This document shows, in pieces, positions 37,392 through 47,540 of a DNA stretch of 64,000 bases; positions within the stretch are counted from its first letter, which is position 1; each line of letters opens with the position of its first letter. The notes beneath the pieces were generated by a model. It saw only the letters and a program-made list of their open reading frames with translations, was not told where the DNA came from and made no database searches. A program made the translations under genes and the position numbers. This stretch comes from a virus. The DNA is taken from IMG/VR virus record IMGVR_UViG_3300001533_000699. One strand, 5' to 3'.

Positions 37392-38036
37392 ATGCTTAGA
37401 ATCATTGGCGACATACACGGCAAACAAGAAGCATATAGTGAATTGGCGCGTGAGGTCAAGCACAGTGTTCAAGTCGGAGATATGGGTCTTAATTACACTG
37501 TGTTAACTGATTCAGTCAACGCAGAACATCATCGTTTTGTACCAGGAAACCATGACAACTACGACAACCTTCCTGCTCATGCGTTTAAGGACGATTACAG
37601 CATGACGGCTTTGTGCGGTATTCCGTTTTTGTATGTAAGAGGCGCATATTCTATAGATAAAGCGTTTCGTACTCTAGGTATAAGTTGGTGGGGTAATGAA
37701 GAGATTTCATGGCAATCAGGATTAAGTCTTATACAATATGCGTCGAGCTATAAACCTTCACTGATTATATCACACGATTGTCCGTATTGCGTATATTCAT
37801 ATGTACTTACTAATGAAGATAAGTGGAGACAGTCGAGAACTGCTCAAATACTAGACGCATTGTTTAAGGCACATCAACCAGATGTTTGGGTGTTTGGTCA
37901 CCATCATAAAGATATTGTGTTCAAATATCCAAATACCAAAACTACATTTGTGTGTCTTGACGAACTGTCTTATGTAGACTATCCATCATTACAGATACAC
38001 CGAGCTGTTCATTTTTTAACACATTTACAGGAGTAA
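37392..38036 (+). CDS. Calcineurin-like metallophosphoesterase
   Basis: GDIHG, GDMG, GNHD and FGHHH motifs. Confidence 0.9.
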   Translation: MLRIIGDIHGKQEAYSELAREVKHSVQVGDMGLNYTVLTDSVNAEHHRFVPGNHDNYDNLPAHAFKDDYSMTALCGIPFLYVRGAYSIDKAFRTLGISWWGNEEISWQSGLSLIQYASSYKPSLIISHDCPYCVYSYVLTNEDKWRQSRTAQILDALFKAHQPDVWVFGHHHKDIVFKYPNTKTTFVCLDELSYVDYPSLQIHRAVHFLTHLQE

Positions 38037-38042
38037 AAAATC

Positions 38043-38378
38043 ATGTTGGTAGAATACGTGCGTGGTAAACGTGGTGGTTTGGTTGGATGCGTTGTGGCCG
38101 TACTAGATAAAAACATGATAAAGCTAGGTTGGTCCAAGTGCATGGTTAAGCCACCTATTAACTCAAAGTTGAAGGCTGACAAATTCGATAAGGACTACGC
38201 ACTTGATAAAGCTATTGGTCGTGCATTGAGCACCAAAGACCATGTGCGTGTTATGCTGCTTGGAAAAGGCAAGTCGTTGAGTACACAACCTATGGATGTG
38301 CCTAGTTCTGTGAGACCGACCTTGCGCAAAATGGAAAAGCGTGTTGTTTCATACTTCAAACAATTTCAAGATGAATGA
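38043..38378 (+). CDS. Hypothetical protein
   Basis: AGGAG SD; GWS.C...D.FDK..A...AIGRA. Confidence 0.7.
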   Translation: MLVEYVRGKRGGLVGCVVAVLDKNMIKLGWSKCMVKPPINSKLKADKFDKDYALDKAIGRALSTKDHVRVMLLGKGKSLSTQPMDVPSSVRPTLRKMEKRVVSYFKQFQDE

Positions 38379-38937
38379 ATTTGACAGGCACTTACGACAA
38401 CGTGGTTTAAGACCACAGTATCAGTACTACAAAACTGAGTGTCTGCCAAACAATCATATTGAAGAGCATGTTGTATTTCCATTTGTGATGCCGGGCGGTA
38501 GATATGTAGGACATCAACGGTATTTTTGGCGTAAACCTAAATTACGTAATAATGATGAGCAGGGAAGGTATGTATCTACTTTTCTCCCTGAATACAATCT
38601 TACTGCGTTTTATGGGTGGCCGCAATGTCGTGGTGTTGGCCCGTTGTTTGTCACGGAAGGAATCTGGGACAGTATACGTGTTAGTAACTGTGGTTTTGAT
38701 TGTATTGCTTTACTATGTAATAGTCCTAATATACAATTACGTAAATATATTAGGTTATTAGCTAACGGCGCGGTAATTGTGGCATTGATAGATAAAGATG
38801 AGAATAAGGCTGGAGAACAATTAGCTAGTTCATTTGACTTTAGTTTTGAGCCAGCACATGGATATGTAGACTTCAACGATATGCCGCAAGAAGTCTGTGA
38901 ATTGCGTATGCTAGAAATTATGGGAGAACTTTTGTGA
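38371..38937 (+). CDS. TOPRIM-domain (primase-like) protein
   Basis: FVTEGIWD, D.DE..AG and DFND motifs. Confidence 0.75.
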   Translation: MNEFDRHLRQRGLRPQYQYYKTECLPNNHIEEHVVFPFVMPGGRYVGHQRYFWRKPKLRNNDEQGRYVSTFLPEYNLTAFYGWPQCRGVGPLFVTEGIWDSIRVSNCGFDCIALLCNSPNIQLRKYIRLLANGAVIVALIDKDENKAGEQLASSFDFSFEPAHGYVDFNDMPQEVCELRMLEIMGELL

Positions 38938-39266
38938 AGCTATTAGTAGACATAGATTGGGAAGATATGCTTGCGTGGTATATTCATATACAATCAATTC
39001 CTGTGGCGTATTTGGTAGATACAGAGAATGTAGTGAGAGCTTACATCGCCGAAACAGAGGTGTATATCTATAGCATAGATTTATTGTTGGATATCAAAGA
39101 CATTGATTTGCGCAATGAACTATGGCGTATGCGTGAGGTGGCGTTATCATATAACCGAATGTGTCAGGCCGGGCGTGAATTTTATAAGTGTTTAGATGAG
39201 TATTGTGAGACTAACAGTGAATCAGAGAATACGAACACAAAATACAACCTAGAGTATCTAGTATAA
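38934..39266 (+). CDS. Hypothetical protein
   Basis: Coupled GTG start with GGAG SD. Confidence 0.55.
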   Translation: MKLLVDIDWEDMLAWYIHIQSIPVAYLVDTENVVRAYIAETEVYIYSIDLLLDIKDIDLRNELWRMREVALSYNRMCQAGREFYKCLDEYCETNSESENTNTKYNLEYLV

Positions 39267-39297
39267 GAGTTAGTTACACCGGCAATGGAGTGAAATA

Positions 39298-40251
39298 ATG
39301 ATTAAAGATGCGATATATCTACCAAGCGGACGCATTTTCTTAAGTGAAGTAGATGGCTATTTGATTGAATCTACGGAAATGCGCGACGTATCTGTAGATG
39401 GCAAACATAGTAAAGTACGTGAATCTACAGATGTACAAGAAATATGGAAACATCTTGTACCCTACAGTAAAAAGTGGCTATTAACTGTTAGTACCCAGCG
39501 AGGATGCACACATAATTGCCAATTTTGCGATGTTGCAAATTTACCCTTCAAAGGCAACCTTACTAGACAACAAATTGAACAACAGGTTTATGACATTTTG
39601 CTTGCATCGCCGTATGTTAAATATAGCGAGAAAGTAAAAATTGGTTTTGCTAGAATGGGAGAACCGGCATGGAATGTCTCCAATGTTTTAGGCGCAATGT
39701 TGAGTTTAGATAGTATTGCGAATTCTTTAGATAGAGACTTTAAGTGGTTACCGTGTTTTAACTCTATTCTGCCACGCAAAGCTCCATGTCTAGAACAAGT
39801 CATAGATTTTAAGGAAAGTGTTTGTGGTGGGCGGCTACACCTTCAAGTTTCCTGTAATTCAACTAATGAGGATAAGCGGAGTGAACTGTTTGGCGGAGCA
39901 GACGTTCTATCTCTTGATGAAATTGTTCATATCGTTAATCAAAAAAAGATTACTAATAGAACTGTGACATTGAACTTCATAGTGATGGATGGGGTTGAAG
40001 TGTCTGTTACTAAACTAAAGAAAATGGGATTGAATGGAGATAAGTTTACTGTTAAGCTTATTCCTCTAAATAAAACTGTTAATTCAGAACATAATGATTT
40101 ACACGCTTATGCTAATTACTCTAATTATGACAAGCTTGTTGATTTGAAGAATAAATTTGAGCAGGAAGGTGTTCCTGTAGTAATGGACGCCATTGCGAAG
40201 TGTGAAGAAGCAGGCTTATGCTGTGGTCAACTTGCACAAATATATCTATAG
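39298..40251 (+). CDS. RlmN/Cfr-like radical SAM enzyme
   Basis: VSTQRGCTHNCQFC, MGEP and C-terminal CCGQL. Confidence 0.85.
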   Translation: MIKDAIYLPSGRIFLSEVDGYLIESTEMRDVSVDGKHSKVRESTDVQEIWKHLVPYSKKWLLTVSTQRGCTHNCQFCDVANLPFKGNLTRQQIEQQVYDILLASPYVKYSEKVKIGFARMGEPAWNVSNVLGAMLSLDSIANSLDRDFKWLPCFNSILPRKAPCLEQVIDFKESVCGGRLHLQVSCNSTNEDKRSELFGGADVLSLDEIVHIVNQKKITNRTVTLNFIVMDGVEVSVTKLKKMGLNGDKFTVKLIPLNKTVNSEHNDLHAYANYSNYDKLVDLKNKFEQEGVPVVMDAIAKCEEAGLCCGQLAQIYL

Positions 40252-40266
40252 AGGCAATAAACAATA

Positions 40267-40494
40267 ATGAAGGCAAAAATTAAGTGTGGTGTATGTGGCA
40301 ACGAGATTGACATTACTCAACAAATAGATGCTGATGTGTTATTGCTTGCTGATAAGGCCGAACAAGACAATAAAGAGCTGCTTGAATTACTGGACCGCTT
40401 TCGTTCAGAAGTAAGGCCATATTGTCGTCCAGGTTTTGTGAAGTATGATGTGTTTCCAGTCTTCAAGGAGGTAGACGCATTGTTTTCAAAGTAA
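40267..40494 (+). CDS. Hypothetical protein
   Basis: CGVCG at the N-terminus. Confidence 0.55.
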   Translation: MKAKIKCGVCGNEIDITQQIDADVLLLADKAEQDNKELLELLDRFRSEVRPYCRPGFVKYDVFPVFKEVDALFSK

Positions 40495-40550
40495 AATGAA
40501 ATGCATAAAGGAATATCAATAATTACCGACTAAGGAAGCGAGTAATCTCT

Positions 40551-40802
40551 ATGAAAATACGACAAGGTTTTGTTAGCAATTCTTCATCCTCAAGCTTTGT
40601 TGTCATCGACAAAGAACATCCAGGCTATCGTTTTCTTTTATCACAAGCAACACCAACTGCTGACTTTTACATAGAATACCAAGACTCACAACAACCACTG
40701 ATATACGATGCCTACGACAACGCAACATGGGACACACTATCTCTGTCGCCAGTCTATTATGACTGGACCGAATTTCTAGACCAGATATCTTTTGACGGTT
40801 GA
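40551..40802 (+). CDS. MKIRxGFVSNSSSSSF-motif protein 1
   Basis: N-terminal motif shared with 44263-44739. Confidence 0.7.
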   Translation: MKIRQGFVSNSSSSSFVVIDKEHPGYRFLLSQATPTADFYIEYQDSQQPLIYDAYDNATWDTLSLSPVYYDWTEFLDQISFDG

Positions 40803-40855
40803 CTTCCTGAAAATTTGTGATAAGATATTAGCAGTGCAGACAACCTTCCCTGCTT

Positions 40856-41392
40856 ATGGAGCCACCGACCACAATGTCAGAGACTGTAATTGTCAATCGT
40901 ACTGACGATACACAAATCGAAAAGTGGGCCAAACAAGCGCTCATTATGTTGGATTGCGATATTCGCACAGTGCGTATCGAGTGGAATGGACGATTTACTC
41001 GCCGTATGGGCGATGCTGGTCTGAAAAACGGTATTGGTGTTGTACGTCTGTCTAAGCCGTTGTGGCCACGAGCAACTGAAATGGACCGCCAACAAACCGT
41101 TGTGCATGAAGTGTGTCATGTAGTACAGCGATATAGACATGGGCGATTAGATACTCCGCACGGTAAAATATGGCAGCATTATATGAAAACGTGTGGGTTT
41201 CAACCACGGCGTTGTCACAGTGTTAACCTAGAAGGTTTACGACGTAATATTCCGAAATACGCTGCGAGGTGTTCATGTCAGACACATCAAATCGGACTAA
41301 TCAGAGCACGGCGAATGATGGCTGGAATTTCGTCGTATAGATGTAAGAAATGCAATACACAATTGACTTTAATTGAGGGGTATGACACATGA
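40856..41392 (+). CDS. SprT-like zinc metalloprotease
   Basis: HEVCH, HG..WQ..M and a C-terminal Zn ribbon. Confidence 0.85.
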   Translation: MEPPTTMSETVIVNRTDDTQIEKWAKQALIMLDCDIRTVRIEWNGRFTRRMGDAGLKNGIGVVRLSKPLWPRATEMDRQQTVVHEVCHVVQRYRHGRLDTPHGKIWQHYMKTCGFQPRRCHSVNLEGLRRNIPKYAARCSCQTHQIGLIRARRMMAGISSYRCKKCNTQLTLIEGYDT

Positions 41393-42510
41393 GTAAGATG
41401 ATTGTAAAAATCAAGCATATAGACGCAATCACGCCACATAATAACGCCGACGCCTTAGAAATCGCACATCTAGGTGCGTGGACCACATGCGTTAAGAAGG
41501 GTGTGTTTAATGTTGGTGATTTAGTTGTGTTTCTACCCCCCGACGCTATTCTACCGAAGTCTTTGCATCAATTTCTTGGTATCACTAAGTATTGTAGTGA
41601 AATGCCAAAGTATAGTGAAGATTATAAGCAGGGAAGGTGTCGTGTTAGAGCTGCTAGGTTGAGGGGTGAGAGGTCATTTGGTACTTTAATGACGAAGAAT
41701 GACCTATTAAAGTATGTTATGACTTACACCCCAGAAAAGTGTACTAGTTATGGTTTTATGGTCGATGATGACGTTGCTGATTTGCTTGGCATTACAAAAT
41801 ATACACCGCCAGAAAAGATTAAGAGTGGAGATGCTGCGCCAGAGAATGCATTGTTTCATCAATATACTGACATAGAACGCTATCAGAATTATCCGAAAGC
41901 AATTGATGAGGGTGAGCATGTTGTTATGCTTGAGAAGGTTCACGGCACCAACTCTCGTATTGGGTTAGTGATGTCTAATGATGATTTGGTGTGGATGTGC
42001 GGTAGTCATCGTTCTAACCGCAAACAGTTTGATGCTACTGGCGACTTATCATTGTACTGGAAACCTTTGACTTGCAATGTCGTAGATATGTTAACCGAGA
42101 TACAAAACGATACTAAAGCCGTGTCGGTTGTTTTGTTCGGAGAGATTTACGGCAGAGGCATTCAGGATATGCAATATGATGGCAATATTTCATTTGCCGC
42201 ATTTGATATCTCTGTTAATGGACAGTATCTTGATTGGCCTGCTGTGGTGAAAATGTGCGATAAACATTCCGTATCTATGGTTCCAGTTGTTTATGAAGGT
42301 CCGTTTAGTGAAGCAATACTAATGGAGCACACTGATGGACCAACTATCGTATGTGAGCAGCCGATATCCAAATTCAAAGGTAGAGAAGGGGTGGTTGTAA
42401 AACCGATAGTAGAACGACAATCTCAGTATTTGCCGAATCATGGCAGGGTGATACTTAAGAGTGTTAGTGTGGACTACCTAAACAGACGCGGTGGAACAGA
42501 TAACGCATGA
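41389..42510 (+). CDS. ATP-dependent RNA ligase (DRB0094-like)
   Basis: H.NADALE N-domain, EKVHGTN, FGEIYG, FDI, REGVVVKP and ILKSVS motifs. Confidence 0.88.
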   Translation: MSKMIVKIKHIDAITPHNNADALEIAHLGAWTTCVKKGVFNVGDLVVFLPPDAILPKSLHQFLGITKYCSEMPKYSEDYKQGRCRVRAARLRGERSFGTLMTKNDLLKYVMTYTPEKCTSYGFMVDDDVADLLGITKYTPPEKIKSGDAAPENALFHQYTDIERYQNYPKAIDEGEHVVMLEKVHGTNSRIGLVMSNDDLVWMCGSHRSNRKQFDATGDLSLYWKPLTCNVVDMLTEIQNDTKAVSVVLFGEIYGRGIQDMQYDGNISFAAFDISVNGQYLDWPAVVKMCDKHSVSMVPVVYEGPFSEAILMEHTDGPTIVCEQPISKFKGREGVVVKPIVERQSQYLPNHGRVILKSVSVDYLNRRGGTDNA

Positions 42511-42878
42511 GCAAACTGTATAATCGTCAAGTATGTTGGCCTATGTTTGTCCAGCGATTAGTATTAGACGCGATTAACAGAGCAGACTGTCATCAGTGTC
42601 AGTATAGTTTTCATGCCAAACTAGCTGCTAATAACGATAAATATGGTGCGTTCACTTTACCATTGTCTATTCATATTGAAGCACATAATGTTGTAGAAGC
42701 AGATATAACACAAGATGTATTAGTAAAACTAGTGGTAAGATTACCTTTAGACGAACATAGAAACATATGTTTAGTATTAGTGCCAAAACATTATGGTTTC
42801 TTTGTGAAAACTGTTTGGATAAATTTGGTAACAGACCAACGTCAAACATTACAGAGACATCGTTACTGTGTACAGTAA
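42507..42878 (+). CDS. Hypothetical protein
   Basis: YS.HA...VVE......KLVVR......I.LV.......KTVW.N..D pattern. Confidence 0.6.
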   Translation: MSKLYNRQVCWPMFVQRLVLDAINRADCHQCQYSFHAKLAANNDKYGAFTLPLSIHIEAHNVVEADITQDVLVKLVVRLPLDEHRNICLVLVPKHYGFFVKTVWINLVTDQRQTLQRHRYCVQ

Positions 42879-42919
42879 CTATTTTATCAATGACTACATT
42901 CCAGAAAATGGTTGATAAC

Positions 42920-44002
42920 ATGACATACCAAATCTCCCAAGAAGGTCCGTTAAAGAGACTGGTGTCTGAGTCGTATAACTATACGTTTAATCTTGATAAT
43001 GGACATTTCATGAGATGGGGTGCTGAAATAGAAGATGACCCAGAATGGTCACCTTTCGGACCTGAGATTCTTGACCTTGAAATATCCACTGGTGAATGTT
43101 TGGGTAGGTGTCCGTTTTGCTACAAGGAAAATGGTGTGCCACGTTCGCCAACTAAACACATGACACTAGAAACCTTCAAAGGTATTCTTGATAGGATGCC
43201 ACCAACGCTAACGCAAATCGCTCTAGGTTTAACAGACGTTAGGGGAAACCCTGACCTATTCAACATGATTCGTGAAGCCGATAGGCGAGGAATCAAGTGT
43301 AACTACACTACTCATGGTTTGGATATGGACGATGATGCCGCCAATCTCACAGCAGAGCTATGTGGTGCTGTTGCTGTATCTATCGTCAATAAAGACAAGT
43401 CATACGATACTGTACAGAAGTTGACTGACCTTGGTATGACTCAGGTCAATATTCACTTTATGTTGTCTAGTGAAAGAATCGATAAAGCCATGGAGTTGGT
43501 GCGAGAAATTAAAACCGACCCCAGACTTGCCAAGCTAAATGCGGTTGTTTTCCTGCAATATAAACCAAAGGGTGGCAATACTGATAAATTCACAACGCCG
43601 TCGTTTGAAGATTTTTCTACCCTCATACGATACTGTGATAACGCTGGTGTCAGCTATGGTTTTGATAGCTGTACTGCACCGATGTACATGAAAGTTATTA
43701 AGGGGCAACCTAACGAAGAACTCTTAGAACAGTATGTAGAGCCATGCGAGAGCGGTTTATTCTCTGCCTATATCAATGTTGATGGTGAGTTCTTTGCTTG
43801 TAGTTTTTGTGAGAACGAACATGGGTGGAAAACAGGCATGAACGTATTTGATTATGATAATTTTGAAGATTTGTGGCGTTCACCTAGATTAGATAAGTGG
43901 CGCAAGACGTTGTTAGATAATGAACGTGCATGTCCAATGTATTCGCTTGGTGACGGTCAAAGCCAACCACTATATCAAATTAAGGAACTTAATAATGCTT
44001 GA
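42920..44002 (+). CDS. Radical SAM/SPASM-domain protein
   Basis: CLGRCPFCY; CESGLFS.YINVDG...ACSF...CP SPASM/twitch motif. Confidence 0.9.
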   Translation: MTYQISQEGPLKRLVSESYNYTFNLDNGHFMRWGAEIEDDPEWSPFGPEILDLEISTGECLGRCPFCYKENGVPRSPTKHMTLETFKGILDRMPPTLTQIALGLTDVRGNPDLFNMIREADRRGIKCNYTTHGLDMDDDAANLTAELCGAVAVSIVNKDKSYDTVQKLTDLGMTQVNIHFMLSSERIDKAMELVREIKTDPRLAKLNAVVFLQYKPKGGNTDKFTTPSFEDFSTLIRYCDNAGVSYGFDSCTAPMYMKVIKGQPNEELLEQYVEPCESGLFSAYINVDGEFFACSFCENEHGWKTGMNVFDYDNFEDLWRSPRLDKWRKTLLDNERACPMYSLGDGQSQPLYQIKELNNA

Positions 44003-44273
44003 AACAAAAACAAACAAATATTATGTTGAGTCCGGTGACCTACGTGTTATTATAGAGGCAGAATGTCCTCTATGGGCTGCTGTACGTGCTCTACATTATA
44101 ATCAACAACGTAAACCCGGTATTTTACATGTGGGTGATTATTGTTTCGTAGATGAACGTGGATTTCGTAAGGGTAGCTTTGCTTCGCATCATATCAAAAC
44201 AATGCAAGCATACGATATTCTGGCAGAAGATATAGTACCATTTATTACTAAGGAAGATAAAGATGAAAATTAG
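43995..44273 (+). CDS. Hypothetical protein
   Basis: KYYVESGDL...V.ERGF. Confidence 0.6.
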   Translation: MLETKTNKYYVESGDLRVIIEAECPLWAAVRALHYNQQRKPGILHVGDYCFVDERGFRKGSFASHHIKTMQAYDILAEDIVPFITKEDKDEN

Positions 44274-44739
44274 AAAAGGTTTTGTTAGTAACAGTTCAAG
44301 TTCCAGTTTTGTATGTGATATTTCAGGCAGAACGGAGTCAGGATATGATATAGGTCTAAAAGAGGTAGAAATGATTGTGTGTAACAATGGACATTGTATG
44401 AGTGAAGAATATGTCTTGGAATATATCGCAGCCTTAGAGCGTAAATATGGTATGGAACATATACGCCAACTATTGCGTAATGCAGACTATGATATTGATG
44501 TAGAGTCTATTATCAGTCCTAGCAAAGTGATTGATTTTATCAACGAATTAGATGATGGTAGATATGAGCTGGAGTCGTGTTTTTGCCCAATGTGTAATCT
44601 AATATACATTGAAAACCACGATATACTTAATTATATTTTGTGGAATTCTGGTACTACACGACAAGAAGTTGTGCAACAAATGCAAGAACGATTTGTGACA
44701 CACGAAGTTTTTCGTGAAGCCGTTCAATCAGACTCATGA
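44263..44739 (+). CDS. MKIRxGFVSNSSSSSF-motif protein 2 (Cys-rich)
   Basis: Shared motif plus CDISG, CNNGHC and CPMC. Confidence 0.75.
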   Translation: MKIRKGFVSNSSSSSFVCDISGRTESGYDIGLKEVEMIVCNNGHCMSEEYVLEYIAALERKYGMEHIRQLLRNADYDIDVESIISPSKVIDFINELDDGRYELESCFCPMCNLIYIENHDILNYILWNSGTTRQEVVQQMQERFVTHEVFREAVQSDS

Positions 44740-44765
44740 GCTAAAGGATAATATAAACGAAGTTG

Positions 44766-44856
44766 GGCTAAGTGTGACGTAATGCGGGAACGGTTTATCG
44801 CACCCTTGGTATAGCCATGGTTGTCCTTGATGCTGGTTCGAGTCCAGCCTTAGCCT
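44766..44856 (+). ncRNA. tRNA-like RNA with canonical top half and non-canonical interior
   Basis: GGCTAAG/CTTAGCC acceptor; GCTGG-TTCGAGT-CCAGC T-arm; no standard D or anticodon arm. Confidence 0.6.
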
Positions 44857-44896
44857 ATGTTTTTTACTTTTAACAATTAGATGAAAAGAGTGTGTT

Positions 44897-45223
44897 ATGA
44901 AACCAGGTGATATTGTAGAAGTGTTCGATGGCTCGTGGACTATGGCGTTGGTTGATGGTAAATTGAGAGAGACGGGTAGTCTTTCAGGCCAAAAGTTTCG
45001 CGTAGTACATATCGGAGGTGAGTATCCAACCTCAACATCATCCCAAATGATTCACCAATCGAAAGAATGTTGTGATATAATGTTGGCTTCTTTACGCGAC
45101 CCAACATTTGTAGTATTTGCTATGTCGTATTTATGTTGCCCTACTATTGAACGCCAACCAGATGCTGAATACATAGTAGATGTTCCGAAGCGTGCAAAGC
45201 GAGTGGTTTTGAATTTTACTTGA
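44897..45223 (+). CDS. Hypothetical protein
   Basis: MKPGDIVEV SH3-like start. Confidence 0.6.
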   Translation: MKPGDIVEVFDGSWTMALVDGKLRETGSLSGQKFRVVHIGGEYPTSTSSQMIHQSKECCDIMLASLRDPTFVVFAMSYLCCPTIERQPDAEYIVDVPKRAKRVVLNFT

Positions 45224-45348
45224 CTTTTCAACATTCTGCTGCTTACAGAGACCGCGAAATTATTTCCTCGCCACCCTCTCTTGACTTTTGAAAAATGTAT
45301 GCTACAATACACGAGTAACACAAATCCAAACCTTTGTTGGAGAGCACA

Positions 45349-47490
45349 ATGAGTATGATTGCTAACCCTCAATTTGTACAACGTGACGGCGGCGACTTTC
45401 AGCGTAAACAGTTCCAAATTGCTGCTTCTCAAGAAGCGTTTCGTATTCTTAGCGATGGGCTTTACAGCCGTAAAATCGACGCCGTGATTCGTGAGCTAAG
45501 CACTAATGCACTCGACAGCCATATTGTGTGTGGTAAGGAAGAACCATTTGAAGTGCATCTGCCGTCTATGTCAGAACCTTGGTTCTCGGTTAAAGACTAT
45601 GGAACCGGATTGTCTCATGAAGATGTGATGGAGCTTTACTCCACATACTTTGGTACGAATAAGGCAGAAGATATTAGTACGACAGGGTGTTTGGGGTTGG
45701 GTTCAAAGTCACCACTCGCCAAAGTACGGTCATTCTCTGTTATGTCTCTTCACGGTGGTGTAGAACGTCATTATATTGTTGCTCTGAACGAAGACCGCAT
45801 TCCAGAAGTCAATTACTTGCCAGAACAAGATAGTGCTACCACTGTCACTGGCATGGAAATCAAATTGGCTGTTTCTGCTTCTGATATATACGAATATATC
45901 AATCGTGCCTCGGCAATCTACAGATATTTTCCAGAGCATTGTCGTCCTCGCGTTCTCAATTGTGCTAACTATAGTATTAGTACATCTAAGGCTATGATTG
46001 AGGGTAATGGATGGCGTATCTATAAAGAATCTGGAAACCCAATCGCTATTCAGGGAAATGTTGCGTATCCGATTGTTGCATCACACATTAAAGGCATCGA
46101 GACACGGCATGAACATATATTGTCATGCAATATCGAAATTGATTTTCCGAATGGAAGTCTGTCATTTACGCCTTCTCGCGAACACCTGTCTTATAACAAG
46201 ATGACTACTGATGCATTGCTACAACGATTGGATGAAATAGTAGAGGAAGTGAATGAAAGGATTGCTAAACGATTTGAGAATTGTCGTAGTCTGTGGGAAG
46301 CAAGAACCTTGGCGTCTAGTATGTTTTGGTCCGACGGTGCTTATTTGAGGAAGCTTCGTAAACTAGCAGACACGAGCAATCTGGTTTGGCAAGGTAAGAA
46401 AATCGCCGGGCAACGACTATCATTTGATGACATTGATGGTGTGCATGGACACTCGTTTGAAATTGCAAAACGTAGGAAATCCTATTGGTCAAATACGTAT
46501 TCTATTCGCGTAGTAAGAAGAGAGCGTAAGGAATATGTTCCTAAGACGAATGCGTTGTGGATAGAAAGCGATATTCCACGAGGCGTTTATTCTAGGTGTG
46601 ACACTTATATCAGAGACAATGAAGATACCACTATATATTTGGTGTCGTTCGATGACGCTAGTGCTAAGCAGGCGTTTTGTGATAAAATGGGGTTGTTGGG
46701 TGATGAATTTATTCAAGTATCAACATTACCAAAGCCGGTAAGCAATTATGTCAAAGGCAATAGAATTCATCGCTCTACTTCTCTTGTATATCGGCATAAA
46801 CACATAAGCAATGCTGAACGCCTGCATAAATACTGGGAACCAACTGAAGTAGATTTGGATTCTGAAAACGGTGGCGTATATGTTGAAATGAAACACAATA
46901 AAGTAGTAGACGCATCCAGTAAATGCATAGACCCGTCTATTATCACAACTGTAGTTAATTTAGTGGAAAACGCTACCGAGGAACACATTGATGTTATTGG
47001 TGTACGACCACAAGTAGCTAAGAAGTTTCATAAATCTGATGATTGGGTTGACCTGTGGACATATGTGAAAAACTTAATCCGTATACATATCAACAAACAC
47101 AACCTTGCTAATAATGTGGTGAACACTGAAGCACTACTAGGTATGAAAGACTACAAGCTGTGGGAAAGTATCACAGCATTGCAAAATGTTAACTCCAGTA
47201 AGCGTTTCCATGATTTTGTTGGCGTCATGACAAAAATGACCCAATATTATACCGCATGTAATGGATATAAGGCTTGGCGTGAATTGTGTACTCTTTTATC
47301 GGTAAGCTTGGATGCTAAGCCAAAGCATGACTTAGATAGACTAGTTATTGGTATGTGTAGTGAATTCCCTATGATTAGTGTATTGATATGTGCGAAGCGT
47401 CGAATGTATGATGATAACAGATTTACGCCCGAAGAGCTAGAGGCAATTCGCCATTATCTTGGGTTGACTTCTGTAAAAACCGTGCTATAA
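45349..47490 (+). CDS. rIIA: rIIA-like GHKL ATPase protein
   Basis: F.ILSDGLYS.KI.AVIRELSTNA.DSH, DYGTG and GLGSKSP motifs; adjacent to rIIB. Confidence 0.85.
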   Translation: MSMIANPQFVQRDGGDFQRKQFQIAASQEAFRILSDGLYSRKIDAVIRELSTNALDSHIVCGKEEPFEVHLPSMSEPWFSVKDYGTGLSHEDVMELYSTYFGTNKAEDISTTGCLGLGSKSPLAKVRSFSVMSLHGGVERHYIVALNEDRIPEVNYLPEQDSATTVTGMEIKLAVSASDIYEYINRASAIYRYFPEHCRPRVLNCANYSISTSKAMIEGNGWRIYKESGNPIAIQGNVAYPIVASHIKGIETRHEHILSCNIEIDFPNGSLSFTPSREHLSYNKMTTDALLQRLDEIVEEVNERIAKRFENCRSLWEARTLASSMFWSDGAYLRKLRKLADTSNLVWQGKKIAGQRLSFDDIDGVHGHSFEIAKRRKSYWSNTYSIRVVRRERKEYVPKTNALWIESDIPRGVYSRCDTYIRDNEDTTIYLVSFDDASAKQAFCDKMGLLGDEFIQVSTLPKPVSNYVKGNRIHRSTSLVYRHKHISNAERLHKYWEPTEVDLDSENGGVYVEMKHNKVVDASSKCIDPSIITTVVNLVENATEEHIDVIGVRPQVAKKFHKSDDWVDLWTYVKNLIRIHINKHNLANNVVNTEALLGMKDYKLWESITALQNVNSSKRFHDFVGVMTKMTQYYTACNGYKAWRELCTLLSVSLDAKPKHDLDRLVIGMCSEFPMISVLICAKRRMYDDNRFTPEELEAIRHYLGLTSVKTVL

Positions 47491-47540
47491 TACTAATAAC
47501 TTTCCACTTTCGTCTTTTTTCTTTTAAGGAGAATGAAACA

